From NCBI GenBank assembly GCA_036785375.1, contig JAWMAR010000030.1, positions 6,882,001 to 6,946,000 on the forward strand: a stretch of 64,000 nucleotides of DNA, given 5' to 3'. The position numbers were made by a program, and so were the translations under genes. This document shows positions 38,557 through 52,312 of this stretch, one piece after another. Numbering within the stretch: position 1 is the first letter of the stretch; every line of letters starts with the position of its first letter. Origin of the DNA: Leucoraja ocellata (Eukaryota). The notes beneath the pieces were generated by a model. It was not told the origin of the DNA. It searched no databases and worked only from the letters and a program-made list of their open reading frames with translations.

Positions 38557-39231
38557 CAGTGAACATCATTAGCCTATCCGCTAATTTGACACGTAAAAAA
38601 ATCTGGGACAAAGTTTCTAGTTTTGTACTAATGTTTATGATGGGTTTTTAAAATATAGATTAGTATTGAGATGAATTAATTGATTGATAATTAAGGAATA
38701 TCAATGGAAATAATGGCCACAACAATGATCATACAATGCAACAAAATAAAGTAAAAACTCAAATACTTAACTAATTTTCTCTGGAAAAGAAGTGTACATT
38801 ATTTTAAGATGAAGAGACTGCTGCAAAATCTCGTGTACGTTGAGTGGGTAAATCATAAGTGACAATCACACTGTGCAGTACTTTGTACAACAGCAGATAG
38901 CCTGCAGTATAAATCTAATTTATTTGAAGGCATGCTGTTTTATATTTTGAATAATATGCGTCTGTAATAGATTAAAAAATTGTCGAGCATATATATTAGC
39001 ATGGATGGATGCAAGAACTCTAAACAAATAAAAATAGACCAATGCTCTTCACTAAAATATGAAGTAGGTATGTTGTCCATTTGCTCAGCCTACATTGGTA
39101 TTGGTTTATTATTGCTATGTGTAATAGGATACAGTTACAAACTTGTTTGCTATTTAGTCAAATCGTACCTTACATGTATACAATCAAACCATAATCAAGT
39201 ACGACACCTAATGCATCGAGATAAAATAACT

Positions 39232-40006
39232 ACCATTTACACAGTGAATGGTAGGGTTCTGGGGAATGTTGTAGATACACAGTGAATTGTAGGGCTAAGG
39301 AGTATTCTAGAGCAGAGGGATCTCGGCGCGCAGGTGCATGGTTCCTTGAAGGTGGTCACAGGTAGATAGGGTGGCATTTAAAGGCATTTGGCACATTGGC
39401 CTTCATCAGTCAAAGTACTGAGTATAGAAGTTGGGAGGTTGTATTGCAGTTGTATAAGGCTGCATTTAGAGTATTGTGTTCAGTCTGGGCACCATGTTAG
39501 AGGAAAGATGTTGTCCAGCTGGAAAGGGTACAGAGAGGATTTACGAGGATGTTGATAGGACTAGAGTCTGAGCTATAGGGAGAGGTTGAGTAGACTGTGA
39601 CTCTATTCCTTGGAGTGCAGGAGGATGAAGGGTGATCTTATTGAGGTGTATAAAATCATGAGAGGAATAGATCAGGTGGATGCACAGAGTCTCTTGCCCA
39701 GAGTAGGTGCATCGAGAGAACATAGGTTTAAGGTGAAGGGGAAATATTTGACAGGAATCTGAGGGGTAACTTTTTCACACAAAGGGTGGAGGTGGGTGTA
39801 TGGAACAAGCTGCCAGAGGAGGTAGTTGAGGCAGGGACTATCCCAACGTTTAAGAAACGGTTAGACAGGTACATGGATAGGACAGGTTCGGAGGGATATG
39901 GACCAAACATGGCAGATGGGACTAGTGTGGCTGGCAAATGTTGGCCGGTGTGGGCAAGTTGGGCCAAAGGGCCTGTTTCCACGCTGTATTACTCTATGAC
40001 TCTATA
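39232..40006 (+). mobile_element. CR1 (HER1-like) LINE 3' portion inserted into a minus-strand Rex-like relic (about 39095-40480)
   Basis: ORF VWNKLPEEVVEAGTIPTFKKRLDRYMDR with a (ctctatga)n tail; both flanks carry Rex-like sequence (gataaaataacta / tataactagagtgc). Confidence 0.9.
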
Positions 40007-43000
40007 ACTAGAGTGCATAATATAATGTTACAGCATTACAATGTTATAGCTAAAGAAAAAGAGCAGATTTTAAAAAGTGCAATGTGAGAGGATGGGAGAG
40101 CAGGAGAGGTTCGTTCAGTAGCCTGATAACAGATGGGAAAAAGTTGTTCCTGATTCTGGCACCTCAAGCTTCTGTATCTTCTGACTGAGGAAAATGATGA
40201 GAAGAGGGAATGCCGGGATTGACAGGGATGTCAACTCACTGCAAGTTCTTGTGGTCATGGGTAGAGCTGTTGCCAAACAAGTTTGAGACACTTTCTATGG
40301 TACATCTGTAAAAATTGTTAAAAGCCATAGAAGGCACGTTGAATTTCCTTAGTCTTTTGATGAAGAAGAGGTGTTAGTGTCAATGTGGTTGGAAGCGGAT
40401 GAATTGTTGGTAATATTTATGCCAAAGAACCTCAAGTTCGTAGCCATCTATACTTCAGCACCACTGATGCCGACTGAGGCATTGGCAACCCAATCTAATT
40501 GCAGCAATTTAACTCAATAGGTCTGATGGCTCCTGATCCAAAATCAAGTTGGCTGTCCATTTCTATCCACAGATGCTCTCTGAGACTGAGTTCCACCAAC
40601 AGTTTAAAAAAGTGTTATAATTTATACTCACTGAATGCTAAGAGACAATTGAGGTATTTCTCTGCATCGATGGAGAACTATTAATTTTGAGGCTATGGAC
40701 ATTACAGGCAAGGTTAACTCTCTCTGGTCCTTAAGAAGGTAGTTCTGAACTGCCTTTAAGAATCATGGTTATCCATGATCTCATTGCTGTTTATGGCAAA
40801 AGGTTTTGGTATGGTATGTTTCTTAGTATAGTGACTACACCCCAGAAATATATTTTGGCTATGACACATATTGAGATGCACTAAGGGTGTAAAGCATGTT
40901 CAGTCTTTATATCTGCCAATGCATAAAAAATAAATTAAAGAACTAAATGAAACTTTTAATAATGGTTTAGTGTGTATTCATCTGGCAGAATGAATTGCTA
41001 ATTGCTTAGCATTGACACAGAATAAGAAAAACACACTCCCCTGAATTACAATGGAATCTGATCCACTAACCATCAGCTCAGCATACAAGGGAACCATGCT
41101 GACTAGTAATACCAGGTCTCCTTAGGACATACACTGATGATAAATTATACTCATTGACATTCTATTGTTGGAGTGAATCAATTTTAAGGAAAAAAAGAGC
41201 TGGCTTGGATCTCCAGCCAGTTGGCATATATAATTCTAGAATGTTTTTGGAAGGATGACTGAGCTCAGTAGCCTCTCTTCAAACAGTCTGCAGCAAAAGC
41301 TAACTTGCATAAATTATTTGGAACAACACATCAAATGGTAGCAATAATGAGAGGATTAAAATCGTCCTCAAATAATTGCAAGTGTGACCAGACACTCAGT
41401 CCCACCATTAGCTGATGAGAATTAACTTTGAATTTGCAATCGCATTTAATAAAATGGTTTTTAAAAGGTCTTGGCTCCCAGGAAATTAGTTAAGGTACAT
41501 AAGAGATGATGTCAGCCTCGCAGGACCTCAGAAGAGGTTGACTCTCATTTCAATTAGTACATCAAAATATAAACTTTTTTACCACTGAAAGAAAGTGGAC
41601 ATCTGCTTTGGAGAATAAGGATGTAAATATGAATGAAGTTGACCAGCAAACCACTGGATTGAACCTGATAACTGAATGTTAGCTGAAAATTAATGTGCAG
41701 AAGTACCTTCTTGCTATTTTTAAACTTATCACTACATAGACAGACCTCCTCACACACAATTAGCTTCAGTCCAAAATATATGCCCCACTTGCTGCACAAT
41801 ATTCAGACCTCAAGTGGTAAATTCTAAAGAAATTCATGTAGTAAGTAAAATAATTTCCAATATTTTATTCTGAGTTTCTGTACAGTAATTAAATGTGACA
41901 TTCAATTGATCACAAGGAGGAAGATGGGCTGGTAGTGAGGAAGTGAACACTCAACAATATCCAGTTTATTCTACATCAATTTTAAAAATTATAATTAAAA
42001 CACTAATCAAGATCTAAATGGTGACCAGAGTGACCTTTTTCAGATTATACAGCTCATCATAAATTCTATTTTTTGAGAAGTAAATGTGTTTGTTGGGATG
42101 TAAGCAGATAGGAAGAATGTTCAAGCCCATGTTGCTGAGCTAGTGAATTCGCTCCTTTCCGATGCACCCGAGTCATGCAAATTTGGTACCACCTCCTCCT
42201 CTCTCAATAATACACAGCAGGGGAATTCTCAATGACGGTCATTCCAGTTGTTCTTACTCACTCGTAAAACCCAATGAGGAGTGATTTGTGGAGGGTCCTG
42301 GATATTTGACAATTTCAAATTTACCAGGATGCATAAATGCAGCAACATGTGGTGTAAATCTCAGCAAGATGGCTGAAAACAATATCACAAAGAAACTTCA
42401 GAAATTTCAGATGATTTTAAGCTTCACTCTGCTAAAATGTTTCAGTACATAACCTATTCCATGTATTACCTGCAAAAGTTCAAACAGCTTGTATGCCTCA
42501 GTGCTACCACATAAATGAACGTTTGAGGGTTTGGCTAAATATCTCAGAGAGATAAAGGAAATTCAAGCATCTAATGTTTCCATTTAAAAACAATGTACAT
42601 TTTCTGTTCAGATTTCTGGGAGAGTAAACAAAGGCACAGAAATTTGCTATAGACATTTTGGTTTTTGATAGTTGGCAAATGGATTTCTGATTAATTATTC
42701 AGGCTAAAAGTTGGGTAGCCTTATACATGTATCTGTTAAAATGCTTGAGATTCCATAAGTGCTGTCTGCTGTGGGGCAAATTTTAGATCACATGAATATC
42801 AAGGAATTAAGCTTTTAAAAGACTGAATTGGGCAAGGCTGCCAAAACCTTGGCACTCGTCAAATAGTTTGCAAAACTAAATTGATAAAATGGCATATTCC
42901 CAATTTACAATATATGAATACAACCATGAACATTTTGATAGGTTATACATCAATAGATCCTTTTTCATAAATCAGGACCTAAAATTGGTATGAATCTAAG

Positions 43001-44914
43001 TTAATTTCAAAGTCACTGACATAATTCTCATTCAAATAATAAATCTGTATCTCAGATCAATATCTTTCAATCCTCTTTTAATAAACATTGGAAGATCATT
43101 AACACTATGAAGATGGGGGGGTATATTCATCTTTGAAGCCAAAGCTTTATATCTGATTTTATTTATGGGAGAAGTTAAGTGATGAAACAAATTGTGATCA
43201 TGTTTCTGTCTCTATGTATTTAAGTGCTGTGAGCATGGCAAGGATTCACTGCATCCATTGTGTTTACAAGAGGAGAACTCTTCAGATTGAACAACTGCAA
43301 TTAATCACAGTTGAATAAGAAAGAACTGCTCTTGTTGCACCACAGTTAGGATTTCAAATACCAGGATCAAGGACACTGCTTTACCCGCGATAGTGGAATT
43401 AGAGCAAAATACGATCCACAATAGCTTTTATTCCTCTTGCTTGTCAATGTTATGTGTCTTCTCTTTAAGCAGTCACTTGGGGTCAAGGTTGAGTAGCGGT
43501 TGCCTGAACATGTCCTCTTTAATTGTCGGGTTGATGTGACTCACAAGCTACCACATGGCCATGATAGAGGGCGTTCTTAGACAAATGACAAGGTCCAAAT
43601 AATCAGAAACTAGTCTCTGCTGCACAAGCCTCATGGACAAACAACCCCATCGGGGAAGACTGTACTGGTTCAACAAGGTGCCTCACCACCATCTCCTTCT
43701 CATACACAATTGGAATAATCCAGGTCCCATTTTCTCAAAAGATTGGTTAGTTAACCTGCCCTGATGAACAAAAATGCTGGCATCTTTCTGCTCTTGCAAA
43801 TACTCGTTATTTGTACCCTTGATCCAAATTGTATCTTCTCACTCCTTCCACTTCATATGTTTCTGCACTCAATTTCAAATGGGTTGTGTCTATCTATTCC
43901 AATGTATCCACTTGAAAACGTTCTGTTATTCTACTCTTCACTATACTAACAAGTAGTTTCCTACATAACTGTATACTGTACAGAGTCGGTACATTCTCTT
44001 CTGAAATGGATTTAAATCAAATGTAAAAATTTGAGAAACAATGTTGTGCTATGCCGAGGGATTGCTGCACTGTAGGAGATGCTGACACTTTATTTTCTGT
44101 ACCTCATGGACTTGTAAAGGTTGGTATAAAATAGGTGAAAAATGTATTAGTAAAATAGCAAATAGCTTGGAGCTCAGTATGAATTTCAGCAATGCTTACA
44201 GTCTGCTTGCTTGAAAACAAACACTTTATTCCTATTGTCAGCTCTCTTTATTCAAATGTAAAGAGATAAAAAAGAAATGCAGGCCACAAGGGCTCAGTGT
44301 TCAACATCTCATCCTATGTGGAGCCCTCAGTTGTCCAACAATTCTTCAGCACTGCTCAAAATACCAGCAGAGATTATATGCTCAAGCCTCAACGCTATAG
44401 TTTAAATCCGCACAGAAAAATACTGTAAATGCACGGTATAGTAGAATCTCAATGATTGGAAGCATGCTATTTCCCAGTGCAAAGTATCTTATTAAAGGGT
44501 CCAAAACTACTGTGGCTCACTTACAGCTGTTTGCAATAGCATTAGTTCCACATTTTACCTCTAACAATAACCAAGGAAATGATCAGATGTTCAAGAATAG
44601 CTCCAAAAAATAGAAGCAATTTTCATCTATCAATGCGATGCATTTTCTAGAACACAACAATTCAAACAAAATTAGGGATCACATAAAACTAGGTCATTGC
44701 GTCCATATTGATTCAACTGCAGAGTGCCCCATTTCTTCAAAAATGAAAGCCTCTTCAGCTGTAAGTGGTTGGAGGTAGGTAGTGTTTCTCTTGCTTGACA
44801 TTAATTGTGTCTAATGGATAGCTCTCATCCAATTCAACTCAAACTGGTCATATTTGAACTGGGAAGTTTCAACTTCAACATTTCCACATTTTGTTTTTAT
44901 TTCAAATTTCCTGA

Positions 44915-45390
44915 TAGAGTTTCTGCCTCACTGGTACAGAGACCCTGGTTCGATCCTGACTATGGGTGCGGTCTCTATGGAGTTTGTACATTCTCCTTGT
45001 GACCATGTAGGTTTTCCCGAGGTGCTGCAGTTTCCTCCCATACAGTTTTGTAGGTTAATGGGTGTGGTAAAAAAAAAATGTGACATTATCTCTAGTGCGA
45101 CAGATAGTTTTAGTGCACAGGGTGATCGCTGGTAGGCCTAAGGCCAGTTTCTGCATTGTATCTCCAAAATGATAAGCACAAACTAAATCTATTGAGTGCT
45201 GCTGTGCTGCTGTAATTAAGAATTTCATTGTTCTGTTTCGGTACATATGACAATTAAACATGCTTGAGGTGAACCACCCGAAACGTCACCCATTCCTTCT
45301 CTCCAGAGATGCTGCCTATCCCACTGAGTCATTCCAGCAATTTGTGTCTATCTTTGGTTTAAACCAGCATCTGAAGTTCCTTACTGCACA
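44915..45390. mobile_element. Cluster: partial HE1-like SINE (44915-45170), LINE tail and Penelope-end fragment (45276-45390)
   Basis: ggttcgatcctgactatggg; aagaatttcattgttc..tatgacaattaaa; cccgaaacgtcacccattcc... Confidence 0.75.
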
Positions 45391-46975
45391 TTAATTTTTC
45401 TCTTCAGACAATGCTGGTTGACTTGACTGGATATGGCTATAATTATATATGTATTTTTCAAACAGAACTGTTGAATCTTTGTGCACTTTTAAGACATCAG
45501 AATCTAAGTGCTCATGGTGTAACTGCTAACGTTTCACTGGTTATCTATTTGCAAATAGTGCAATGGTATTTCTTATAATGAAGAAGTATTATATCTGACT
45601 ATTGACTATTCCACTAGGTACAATTTGTGAATGCTTGAGCATCGCAGCGTGATGTGTGTTGATTACCATTATGCTTCAAAACCTTCCAATAGATGTGCTT
45701 AACGATATCGACCCATTACAGAATTTGATATTCTTCACTTGGGTGATATACAGTAACTTTTAGTAACTGGATGGATTTTGGAGAACTGTTTTTAGTGAAT
45801 AAGGGAGAGTGAGCAAGCGTGCAAGAGAGTATATAGCGGAGGGGGGCTTAAAGTGGAGGACAGTGCCTGCTTTGATGGTTGGGGGAGGTAGAGAGGAAAT
45901 GGAGTAAGAACGCGAGTGGGAATGGAATGTGGAAGGAGCAGAAAGAGTAAGTGGAAAGTGAAAAGTGCAACTAATTTTAACTAACCACATTATATCATAG
46001 AATATGGAATGCTAGGTTATCAGGCTATGGAATAAAGCAGAAGAGGACGTTTAAAGTAAATGGCTCAAATGGTGCAAGGTAATCAGAAACATTCTGGATA
46101 GAAAAGGAATGAAGAAATTAATAAGAAGCTGGGATCAATGTTACCAAAAGAGATGTGTTTATTATATATAACTGGCAATCATTTATTAGTTTGAAAATGC
46201 TATCTACTTATATATTAAAAATAACAATTCCAAGAGGTACTTTTCCATTTTCAATAAAGCAACTGCCTGGAGAGTGTGACCAAAATTACTGTATCTTTTC
46301 AGAGCCATTATTTTTCTGCTAGTCTTTTAATTGAATGCATAACAGTGAAATATTTCACAGCATGGAAATAAACATTGGTTAGATTCTGCTGCTGGGAGCA
46401 ACAACAACTGCACAATTTATCGAAATTAAATGTAATAAGCCTGCAGGTGGAAGAAACTTGGTATCCATCCCAACTTCTCATTAGCTGCTGAGGTGCCTCT
46501 GAGCTGGCCAAGAAAACATGGAATGAAGAAGGATGCAATAATTCTCATCATGTGCCACCCTCAAATTAATTTTTAAGTGTTTGTGCAAATTCGAGGATGA
46601 GTTCCCCTTGAAGGAATCTAAATACTCCCTGCTGGCACATGGTACGCCTATAATTTGTATGCGGGTATGATACAATTTGGTGAAAGGAAGCTGACAAATA
46701 TCTGCTTACACATCAAATGCTACAGAAACGCCCATTAACCCTTTAAAATGTTAATACACAACAGGCTTTGAAACATGCAATTCATCAAACACCATTTTAT
46801 TTCAACTCGCCAATCTTCAGTAAATACACTGTATTACAGGATTGAAGACAATTGTTTGGAGGCTTTTTGTTTTAAATAAATTAATCATTCTCTCAACTGT
46901 CTCCCTTTTCACTATCAACAGGAGCCAACCATAGCCTTTGTTGGAGTCAAACTTCATAACAACTAGGTTAAGCTG

Positions 46976-47134
46976 TTTAAGAAGGAACTGCAGATGCTGG
47001 AAAATCGAAGGTAGACAAAAATGCTGGAGAAATTCAGCGAGTGAGACAGCATCTATGGAGCGAAGGAAATATTTCCTTTGCTCCATAGATGCTGCCTCAC
47101 CCGCTGAGTTTCTCCAGCATTTTTGTCTAGCTTA
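46976..47134. mobile_element. Fold-back Penelope-end element with 11-bp duplication
   Basis: Palindrome centred on ggaaatatttcc; aggttaagctg at 46965-46975 and 47135-47145. Confidence 0.88.
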
Positions 47135-49839
47135 AGGTTAAGCTGATTCTTTTTCAAAAATATCAAGAGACACCATGCACTCATCCTTTAAATCACTAAC
47201 AGTTCAGCTTATGACAGAGGAATTGGTGTCATGTCAAACTAATCAATAAAAATCTGAACAAAAAGATCAATTGATATCAATTAGGATTTTCCTTCAAGTG
47301 CCCGGAGCACTAACTTTGTACAATGCATCCAATTAGTAACATATCTGATCTATATTCTTTGATTTAAGTCCAGCAGTCAAAGGACTGTCATTTATTCTCT
47401 TTGTTTCATTTATGTCTAAGCCTGTGGAATTAACAATATCGTGACACGGTACCACATAGTTCTATTCCAGTAGCAGAAGAGCTTCATTCACAGTCTGAGT
47501 GGGCTGTAACCAAAGTCCCAGAGGTGGCACCTGTAGCACGACACAGAACCCTCAGCTGAGGCAGAAAAAGAGCTGCTCTCCAACCCAGCCTCTGGCATTT
47601 GACATTAATACCATTCACTTTCCATCTTGGTTGCACTAATGCTCAGCCAGCATAGGCCAAGCAAATAATAGTTTAAACAGGGCTGAATTATGTATTTTTA
47701 AGAATTTTACTTTTAGTTTTCAGATTGAAACTGAAGCATATTCAAAAACATACTCTCATTAAGTTGTTAAACTTAACATTATAAGGATACTTTCTAAATG
47801 TACATTGTTGGTTACATGACAAATATTTTAATGCAATAATTAAATATTTGCTTTGAGTAATGTGTAAATCGCTTTAAATAATAATATCACATTTATGAAC
47901 ACAAATTTGAGAATTCCAAGATCTCACATGTGCCTACCCCACAGTCCAAACATTTATCAAAACTAACTCTTGGAAAGAACTCTACACCAACTATTCAAAA
48001 AACATTTGGAATTTCCTAAAATTTAAATGTGGCAATTTTGGATCTTTGATAGTACACAGAAGGCAAAGCTGTTGAATTAAACAAAGCTTTCGATAAATGT
48101 TCATTCGAATTAAGAAAATGTCCAGCTTGGAGCCTCTGCAGCCAAACATAGATTTGGGAATCAGTCAAAAATGCTTGAAATCGGCTTTCTGTGTACCCTG
48201 AAATGGGAACATGATTTTCCATTGCAGTTAATGAAAGCAGATGATCTCCAAAATCCAACTCCATAGCTTAAATGAAGATAGACACCGGTTCTGCAGACTC
48301 ATTTAGTTAGAGCTCACTTAGGTCATCTAATTGCATTAGTAGGACCTGTTAAATTATATTAGCATGAATGTTAATTTGACGGATATGCAGATCTCAAATG
48401 ATCCATTGATAATCTGATAACGTTTTTTTGATTTAGATCCTTGACATCCTGTCAAATGACTGAAGCCACTTTTACTAATGTGCATTTATAACCCCCAATT
48501 CATTTAGAGTTACTGGCTTCGTAACCTAAGTGATTGTCATCTTTCCGGTTACTTTAATCAACGCTTTGAGAAAGAAAACTGCAGTCAACTATTTCATCTC
48601 CAGTGAACATAACAAGGAATTGATTTAAAAATTATAGCCTTCTTAAAAGAAGACATTTCCTGTAATTGACTTGTTTTAGTCAAACTGCGGGATAAGTTAC
48701 AAATGCTGGTAATCTCTCCTTCTCTCAAAGCAATTTAGGAGATTCATTTCATGCACATTTTTTTGTTCTTTTCTTGAAAGGCGTCTTATTTTCAATTCAT
48801 CATTTTATTTTTTTCAATTATGTTATGAAGGTGGAGCTGTCTGGTTATGGTAGATACAGCAATGATCAGTAGATAGAGAGAGTATCATTAAATCTTTACA
48901 CCTCGATTCAATTCAGAGACTGAGTGACCAAATGGATGGATTTTGGAACAAAAGCAGGTTTTGAAGTCGAACCAGCAGATGATGATATCCCCTGCATATG
49001 TTGGCTTTTCCCTTCTTGGTGGGAGAGATCATGGGTTTTGGGAGGCGCTTTTCATGTAGCCTGGTTGAGCAACTGCAGTTTGGACCCATTGCTGACTGCG
49101 CACTAAGGATGGTAAAAGGAATGAATGCTTGTGGTAGTTGATGGGGTATATTCAAGCTAGCTGATTTATCATGGATGATATGAAACTTCTTTGAGAATTG
49201 GCATTTGATTGACCTAAGCAACTGAGGGAGCAGTCCATCATCCTTCCCTCTTGTGTCTTATAGAATATGGAACGGTCTTACGGTCTGAGGAGATGAATCA
49301 CTTGCACAAAGATATTAAGCCTCTGACTTGCTCTTGCAGTAATGATATTTATGTGGTTGGTCAATGGTGGCCCCGGGGATATTGTTGGTGGGGGACTCAA
49401 TGATGACAACATCGCTGCATATCAAATGTTGGTGTCAATGTTTCTTGTTGGCAATGGTAATCATCTCCGACCTCTGTAGCGTAAATGCATACTGCTTATC
49501 AGTTTTGTCTTTCGCACTCGCATGCTGGGCATCACCATCAGTGAGGATGGGCTTGGAGACCGCTCTTCCTGGCAGTTGTTGAAGAATCCATCTCCATTCA
49601 TGATTAAATGTGGACAGACTCCAGATCTTTGAGCTAATTCATTGAGTGCAACATCACTATTGAAAGCTGTTTAGCATAAACATAATCCTGTAATTGCAGC
49701 TTCATTTGACTGACACCTCATGATTTTTTGGTTGGTTTGATTCTATTCCAAGTACGCCATTCTGCAGTCTCATTAAACCCGGAATGATCTCCTGGCCTTG
49801 TAGTAGCTGTCGAGCAAAGGATATGCTGAGGATAAGTTC

Positions 49840-50650
49840 TGCTAGGCGAAGGAGAGTGTTAGCAGATGGAAATTGGATGGGTGGAAGGAAGAAACAGAGG
49901 GCCTTGATACCTTCCTGGTGGAGGATGGAGGTGTAGAGGGACTGGACATCCATGGTAAAGATGAGTGACTGCGGGCCTCGAAACTGAAAGTTATCAAAGT
50001 GTTGAAGGGTATTTGAGGTGTCTTTGATGCAGGTTGAATCAATGGATAGAGGATAGGATAGCATGTGGGGATGAGTTCCGTCAGGCAAGAGCGGGGATGA
50101 AACAATGGGGCTGCCGTGCAGTTCTGTTTGTGGATTTTGGAGGGGGGTGGGGGGGTGGGGGAGTAGAAGCATGTAATGCAGAGCTGAAGAACAATAAGGC
50201 TGGAGGCTGTGAAGGGCAGATCGCCAGGGCTGATGAAATCAGAGACAGTCTTGGAGATGTTGGCCTGGTGTTCAACTTTGAGGTCATGGTCAAGGGGTGG
50301 GTTTGAGGAGGTGTCCGAAGGTTGGTGCCTGGTCTCCACATGGTAGAGGTCAGCCTGCCAGACTATGACTTCTTCCTTGACGACGGGTTTAATGACAATG
50401 TCGGAATTGTTGAGAAGTGAGCGGGCGAGAGGGCGAGTTTGGAGTGGGTGAGGGTGGTTGACGTTTTGCAGGCAATTAGAAATAAAAAAGTCCAGGGAGG
50501 ATAGGACAGCAGGGAGAGTCCATGAGGAGGAAGAATGTTGGAGATGGGAAAAGGGTTTGTCACTAGGCTGTGAGGACACATACCCATGGAGGCGGAAGCA
50601 ATGGAAGAAAAGCTATGCTTCATGGCAGGCATGGAATTCATTGAGGTGAG
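49840..50650 (-). mobile_element. Penelope-like element RT N-terminal region (decayed)
   Basis: Minus ORFs: SLLNNSDIVIKP...VIVW, PPSKIHKQ, IKDTSNTLQHFDNFQF.GPQSLIFTMDVQSLYTSI.HQEG.KAL.FFL..NTLLRLAELIL. Confidence 0.9.
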
Positions 50651-51269
50651 GGCATAAATGTAATAATGTAAGTTACAAAAGTAAGGTATAAAGATAACTT
50701 ATTTCTGCTTTGTCTAATTAATTGTTTTTGTACTGTTTGTTGGACTGCCAAAAGAAAAATGGATCAATGAGGTGGCATTATGAATTTAGCTAGATCAAAG
50801 ATGCTGTCTATTTTTGAAAGGCTTACATTGTAAAAAATAATGATCAAAGAAAGAGTTATTCACAGAACTAAACATAGCAAGAGGATTAGGCCAGTAAGTC
50901 CCTCAAGCCGTCTGTGCCATTCAATTCAATTTGATCTGCACTTTAGCTTTGTGGGTTATTGACATAGAAATATGATAAATAATGACACAAGGAAATTTCT
51001 GCATGGAAGTTTAAAAAATGTTCATCCAAGTTCATCTACGGCCTCTGGTGATGAGGAGTCAATAGAATCTATTATCCAGAGAATGATTTTAGCCTACAAT
51101 CACTTGTAAATTGTTTAACAGTTTAGACAGTCTGATTAACTACAAACCTGGCTATTCTTCAACTTGCAGTGGCGGCTTTGGTTGCCTTAATCTCATTGGA
51201 ATGTGCCACAAGGTAAACTTGAAGGGGTGATCCATGTGATAGACAAGTAATTGAAGATGTTGGTGTACA

Positions 51270-51385
51270 AAAAAGACACAAAATGCTGGAGTAACTCAGC
51301 AGGTCAGGTTACATTTCTGGAAAACATGGATAGGTGATGTTTCAGATCGAGCCTGAAGAAGCGTCTCGACCTGAAACATCAGTCT
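51270..51385. mobile_element. Penelope-end fragment with degenerate hammerhead motif
   Basis: gacacaaaatgctggagtaactcagc ... ctgaagaagcgtctcgacctgaaacatc. Confidence 0.7.
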
Positions 51386-51443
51386 GTCTGTCCTCATGCT
51401 CATGTTATTGCTCTTTCATTCCTACCATTCTTACCTAATCTTT

Positions 51444-51910
51444 AGTTCAAGTTCAAGTGAGTTTATTGTCATGTGTCCCTGTATAGGACAATGAAATTCT
51501 TGCTTTGCTTAAGCAAACAGAAAATAGTAGGCATTTACTACAAAACAGATAAATGTGTCCATATACCATGATATAAATATATACACACATGAATAAATAA
51601 ACTGGTAAAGTGCAAATAACAGAAAGTGGTTATTAATAAGCATAGTTTTGTCCGAGCCAGGTTTAATAGCCTGATGGCTGTGGGGAAGTAGCTATTCCTG
51701 AACCTGGTTGTTGCAGTCTTCAGACTCCTGTACCTTCTACCTGAAGGTAGCAGGGAGATGAGTATGTGGCCAGGATGGTGTGGGTCTTTGATGATACTGC
51801 CAGTCTTTTTGAGGCAGCGACTGCGATAAATCCCCTCGATGGAAGGAAGGTCAGAGCCGATGATGGACTGGGCAGTGTTTACTACTTTTTGTAGTCTTTT
51901 CCTCTCCAGG
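51444..51910 (-). mobile_element. Rex1/Babar-like LINE 3' end
   Basis: (agttca)n tail, tttattgtcatgtg..acaatgaaattctt and agcctgatggctgtggggaag..ttcctgaacctgg, complementary to the 29045 copy. Confidence 0.8.
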
Positions 51911-52107
51911 GCATTAGTTGTAGAATATACAAATCTGGCTTTGCTTTCAGAGATCTCAGATCTTTTGTAATGGTCTCAGTGAAATGAAGCAAATATATGT
52001 TCCAGAGCCCACAAATATTCCATAGGTAAATATCATAGTGGTGACAGTTCACCACCATTTCTTCCTTTTTGACTGCTTATTCCAAGCCTACATTGCCCCA
52101 AAATATA

Positions 52108-52312
52108 TAGGAAACAACTACTGATGTTGGTTTAAATCAAAGTTAGACATAAAATGTTGGAGTAACTCAGCGGGACAGTAGAGAAGAAATGGGTGACGTT
52201 TCGGGTCGAGACCCTTCTTCAGTCTGAAGAAGGGTCTCGAGCCAAAACGACACCCATTCCTTCTCTCCAGAAATGCTGCTTGTCCCGCTGAGTTACTCCA
52301 GCATTTTGTGTC
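52108..52312. mobile_element. Fold-back Penelope-end element containing an intact minimal hammerhead core on the minus strand (52195-52222)
   Basis: Minus strand CTGAAGA-A-GGGTCTCGACCC-GAAAC-GTC; flanked by an imperfect ttgcccc/aaaaatatata duplication. Confidence 0.85.
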
